Shown here: positions 36,485 through 39,196 of the stretch, in pieces
Numbering within the stretch: the stretch's first letter is position 1
Layout of the letters: the number at the start of each line of letters is the position of its first letter
DNA from: a virus
Lineage: Duplodnaviria > Caudoviricetes
IMG/VR virus record: IMGVR_UViG_3300028585_000045
Coordinates: 1 to 39,196 of that record
DNA: 39,196 nucleotides
Strand: one strand, 5' to 3'
Notes under the pieces: model-generated
Database searches by the model: none
The model's input: the letters and a program-made list of their open reading frames with translations, nothing else
Told to the model about the DNA's origin: nothing
Made by a program: the position numbers and the translations under genes

Positions 36485-36787
36485 GTGACAGACCAGATCG
36501 TTCTACCCCGTCTAATCGGGACTCGAGAAGCCGCGATTAAATTAGTTGACTCGTCGGAGTTGCCTGAAAACCTCCACGAGCGGCCTGTCTTCCTGCAAAG
36601 TCGTGCGCTGGCTACATCCACGATATCTTTTGCGGACGAGCTAGTGAAGCAGTTGAAAAAGCGTCGCGCGGGTTCAGTGGTTCTGTTTGCCGCCAACTCC
36701 GAGTTTTGGAAACAGATAAGTGATGCAGCAGCTCGTCAAGGAGACCTCACTGTTCGAGCCGGAAGCCCCAGCGATCTTTACGTCTAG
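36485..36787 (+). CDS. STAS-like (DUF4325-like) protein
   Basis: GGGAGG RBS, GTG 36485; GTREAA...TISFADELV motif. Confidence 0.75.
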   Translation: MTDQIVLPRLIGTREAAIKLVDSSELPENLHERPVFLQSRALATSTISFADELVKQLKKRRAGSVVLFAANSEFWKQISDAAARQGDLTVRAGSPSDLYV

Positions 36788-37272
36788 CTCTGCTTCTCCC
36801 GTTTGATTGCCAACAGGCGCAACACTTCGCGAAACTTAGCTTTTTCGTCCTCAGCACTTACGAACTCGTCTTGGGCCGCGAACGCGTCGCCGACCCGCAA
36901 GTACGCCTCAATGGCGACGTCTATGCCCTTAATTCTGGTTTGGGCGCCGGCCACGGATAAGTTGCTGCCTTGAATGGCGATTCGGGTGTCTCTGTTGGCG
37001 TCAACTGGCTCGGGGTCTTCGACGTTGCCGTAACGGATGACTAATTTTCGGTATCGTTTCAGTTCCTCAAGAGCGAATGTGGCGTCATCTCGCCTGTTTT
37101 GACGCCTGGTTGTCTTGTTCTTGAAGACGTTTATAATTATTTGCGCCAAGAACGATGATCCAATGACTGCGACCAGGACTGGTATCAGAAACGGTAGTAG
37201 CGCCGCCCAATAGGGGTCGATGGTTGTGACGTTGGCATCGAGCACAGGAACAGGGGACGGAGTCGGGGTCAC
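36784..37272 (-). CDS. Single-pass membrane protein
   Basis: GAGGAGG RBS; N-terminal transmembrane segment and helical C-terminus. Confidence 0.7.
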   Translation of the reverse strand: MTPTPSPVPVLDANVTTIDPYWAALLPFLIPVLVAVIGSSFLAQIIINVFKNKTTRRQNRRDDATFALEELKRYRKLVIRYGNVEDPEPVDANRDTRIAIQGSNLSVAGAQTRIKGIDVAIEAYLRVGDAFAAQDEFVSAEDEKAKFREVLRLLAIKREKQS

Positions 37273-37413
37273 CGCAGCCTCCTCGAATCTCGCCCAGGGC
37301 GGTGTGTCCTAGTCATTTGAGGCTAGCGCGTATTCCGAGCGCCGGGCAGAGCGCACTGCTGCTGGGGGCGTTAAAGCGCGATGGGGGCGGCTGTATGAGC
37401 CCTTGCACCATAG

Positions 37414-37704
37414 TCATTCCAGTTGGTTTTGGAAATCATCTGTATGAGTTCGAATCCAATCCCATGACGCCAAGGTGTTGGGCGGATCGATTTTGGGATC
37501 AGTAGCGTCCGCCTGCCCAATTAGCAGCGGAACCCCCGCGCCGACGACCATCGTCACCGAGGTCGGCTTGGCGTCGAGGTAGCACGCAACCGGGATCGCG
37601 ATGACCTGGCCGGCGCTTCCGAACTCGGTCGCCGCCCGCGAAATCTCGTCGGCGACATCACTCGCAACGACGAGACGGTGGATACCGTAGTGAACAACCT
37701 GCAT
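37414..37704 (-). CDS. Hypothetical protein, distantly resembling the 35090 product
   Basis: MQVVHYGIHRLVVASDVADEI...VTMVVGAGVPL. Confidence 0.55.
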   Translation of the reverse strand: MQVVHYGIHRLVVASDVADEISRAATEFGSAGQVIAIPVACYLDAKPTSVTMVVGAGVPLLIGQADATDPKIDPPNTLASWDWIRTHTDDFQNQLE

Positions 37705-37735
37705 GAGCATCACCAATCGTGGAAGAAGACGCGGA

Positions 37736-37999
37736 ATGTTTCAACGGATTCATGTTGACGAAACCGACCAGCTGAGTTTGCAGGCTGTCGGCTTGTGGCA
37801 CAAGCTGAACCACCTGTACAAGCAGGGATTCGCCTCTTACGAAGTCATGACAGTTCACCCGGATCCCAACGCCTGGGGTCCGTTTGATGAGAAGCACGAC
37901 CTAGAAGCGCCCCTATACGAACTGCTGGCACTGGGCTACATCGATGAGCAGGACGGCATTTATCGCCTTCATCAAGTCATTGATGGCCTAGACAGTTGA
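37736..37999 (+). CDS. Small protein, possible winged helix
   Basis: LYELLALGYIDEQDGIYRL; 4-bp overlap with the next gene. Confidence 0.55.
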   Translation: MFQRIHVDETDQLSLQAVGLWHKLNHLYKQGFASYEVMTVHPDPNAWGPFDEKHDLEAPLYELLALGYIDEQDGIYRLHQVIDGLDS

Positions 38000-38976
38000 G
38001 AGTAGGCGACGTCTGGGCTTTCCGCGAGAGGGCGGGGAGTGCGGCTCATCGCGTGCGGATCGAGGAGCTAGGTAAGAAGAAGTCTCCGCGCGCGACAGTC
38101 TCTTTCCTTGACGACCCCTACGAGGGAAAGGAACGCAAGGTCAAGCTGAGCCAACTCGTTGTGTTCTGGTCTGCGCTGCGCCACGTCGATGCGGAGACTG
38201 CTGCGCTGCGTGCCTTGATCAGCCAGGGCCAGCCCGACGACGCGCTTTCGTCTGCCATCGACACAATCGAGCAGAAGTTTCTAAACCACGGTGCCTACAT
38301 TCATACGCGCTCTACGGAGTGGGGCCTGCTGACCACGAACAGGCCCGACCTGCTTGCAGCCGACGCTCACCTGGCCATCAGCGAGGTGACCGAGGGGGCT
38401 TGGTGGCATGACGGCACCTGCACGATTCCTTTGCCCACCACGAAGCTTGTCATGGCATCTCTGGCGCACGCCAATGCCCAGGAAGTTCTTCGCTACGTGG
38501 AAGCCGAGGAGGAACGCGCCGCCCTGAAGATGAAGGCCGGCGAAGTTGTCAGTAAGACCTACATCTCTCCCGAGGTGGCTTCTGCGGTCTACGAGGAACT
38601 CACTGGCCCCTACCTCCAAATCCTCCGCGACTGGGCTGGCTCCGACCAGGAGGCAACTCGCGACGAGGTTCGGCGTTGGAAGACGCACGCTTGGGAGATG
38701 TATGCGCTGCTAGCCGAGACGGTCGACCAGCTCAAGCGTGACGGCCACGAGGACACCGCTTGGCGCATCCACCATCGATTGCATCCCGGCGCGAATAGGC
38801 GCTCTTGGACCCCTACCCGCGAGCTTGAGCGTGTACGAGCCGAAGCTCGAGACCGAGAGAAATTTGAGGAGATACGTCGCGTTGCCGACGAAAGACAAGC
38901 CGAGCTATCACGGCGTACTGCCGAGCTGGAAGCAGAAATCTGGTCGGATGCATGGCGACCGCCCCTGGGGCTTTGA
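37996..38976 (+). CDS. Hypothetical protein (SH3/Tudor-like N-terminus, coiled-coil C-terminus)
   Basis: 326-aa ORF; MRVGDVWAFRER...RVRI...VSFLDD...EG. Confidence 0.7.
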   Translation: MRVGDVWAFRERAGSAAHRVRIEELGKKKSPRATVSFLDDPYEGKERKVKLSQLVVFWSALRHVDAETAALRALISQGQPDDALSSAIDTIEQKFLNHGAYIHTRSTEWGLLTTNRPDLLAADAHLAISEVTEGAWWHDGTCTIPLPTTKLVMASLAHANAQEVLRYVEAEEERAALKMKAGEVVSKTYISPEVASAVYEELTGPYLQILRDWAGSDQEATRDEVRRWKTHAWEMYALLAETVDQLKRDGHEDTAWRIHHRLHPGANRRSWTPTRELERVRAEARDREKFEEIRRVADERQAELSRRTAELEAEIWSDAWRPPLGL

Positions 38977-38988
38977 TCGGCCCAACCG

Positions 38989-39017
38989 ACCCCGAAAACT
39001 CCGAACTTACTCCGAAC
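38989..39017 (+). promoter_or_regulatory. Putative integrase arm-type sites
   Basis: ACCCCGAA 38989, ACTCCGAAC 38998, ACTCCGAAC 39009. Confidence 0.7.
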
Positions 39018-39117
39018 AAACGGTGACAATGGACGCCATCGCCTGACATGCCATGAGACACGCATGCCCTGCAAACGCTGACCATGCCAACCCCTGACAT
39101 CAGGCGCTAGAACGTCG

Positions 39118-39161
39118 CTTTTAATCCGCGGGTCATGGGTTCGAGCCCCATGGGGCCCACC
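39118..39161 (+). repeat. att core, distal copy (displaced 3' half of tRNA-Lys)
   Basis: 44-bp identity with 202-245; followed by A, completing CCA. Confidence 0.97.
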
Positions 39162-39196
39162 ATCCCGCCGTCGGATCGACATCGGTCGCCGTGCGC

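Larger units (their letters stand above)
202..39161. mobile_element. Temperate siphovirus prophage; the excised unit would be 38,916 bp
   Basis: Flanking 44-bp tRNA-derived direct repeats plus integrase, repressor, replication, packaging, head, tail and lysis modules in canonical order. Confidence 0.97.

Noticed and set aside
39078-39101. Additional PafBC-like TGTCAG/TGTCGG hexamers (also near 21679, 33389 and 35508)
   Set aside because: They lack TA-N3-T at the required 10-nt spacing.
39118-39162. Second tRNA gene at the right end
   Set aside because: Only the 3' half is present; the upstream sequence has no D arm or acceptor 5' strand. It is the att duplication.
1-39196. CRISPR array or IS element
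   Set aside because: No regularly spaced repeats and no transposase motifs were found by eye.

Overview
The window holds an apparently complete ~38.9 kb temperate siphovirus prophage in a high-GC actinobacterium, probably Microbacteriaceae (inferred from gene content). It is integrated into the 3' half of a tRNA-Lys(UUU) gene and bounded by a perfect 44-bp direct repeat (202-245 / 39118-39161). Gene order is: tyrosine integrase, XRE repressor, AlpA/Xis, early genes, replication initiator/helicase loader/primase-helicase, Zn-finger HTH regulator, a two-gene accessory cassette, HNH genes, terminase, portal, head, tail (with a -1 frameshift chaperone), SGNH-esterase tail protein, M15 endolysin and holins, then a ~7.7 kb accessory right arm. 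The best candidate for an undescribed system is the translationally coupled pair 8103-10153: a PD-(D/E)xK nuclease plus a 480-aa partner with a degenerate nuclease-like N-terminus and no methyltransferase, plausibly anti-phage defence. Other notable items are a STAS-GHKL kinase-like/DUF4325 pair lacking the catalytic Glu, an Lsr2 truncated to its oligomerisation domain, and a small gene with a PafBC-type DNA-damage promoter overlapping an SOS-like box. There is also an internal translation start in the endolysin and several structured intergenic RNA candidates. All family assignments come from reading motifs by eye; no database searches were run.
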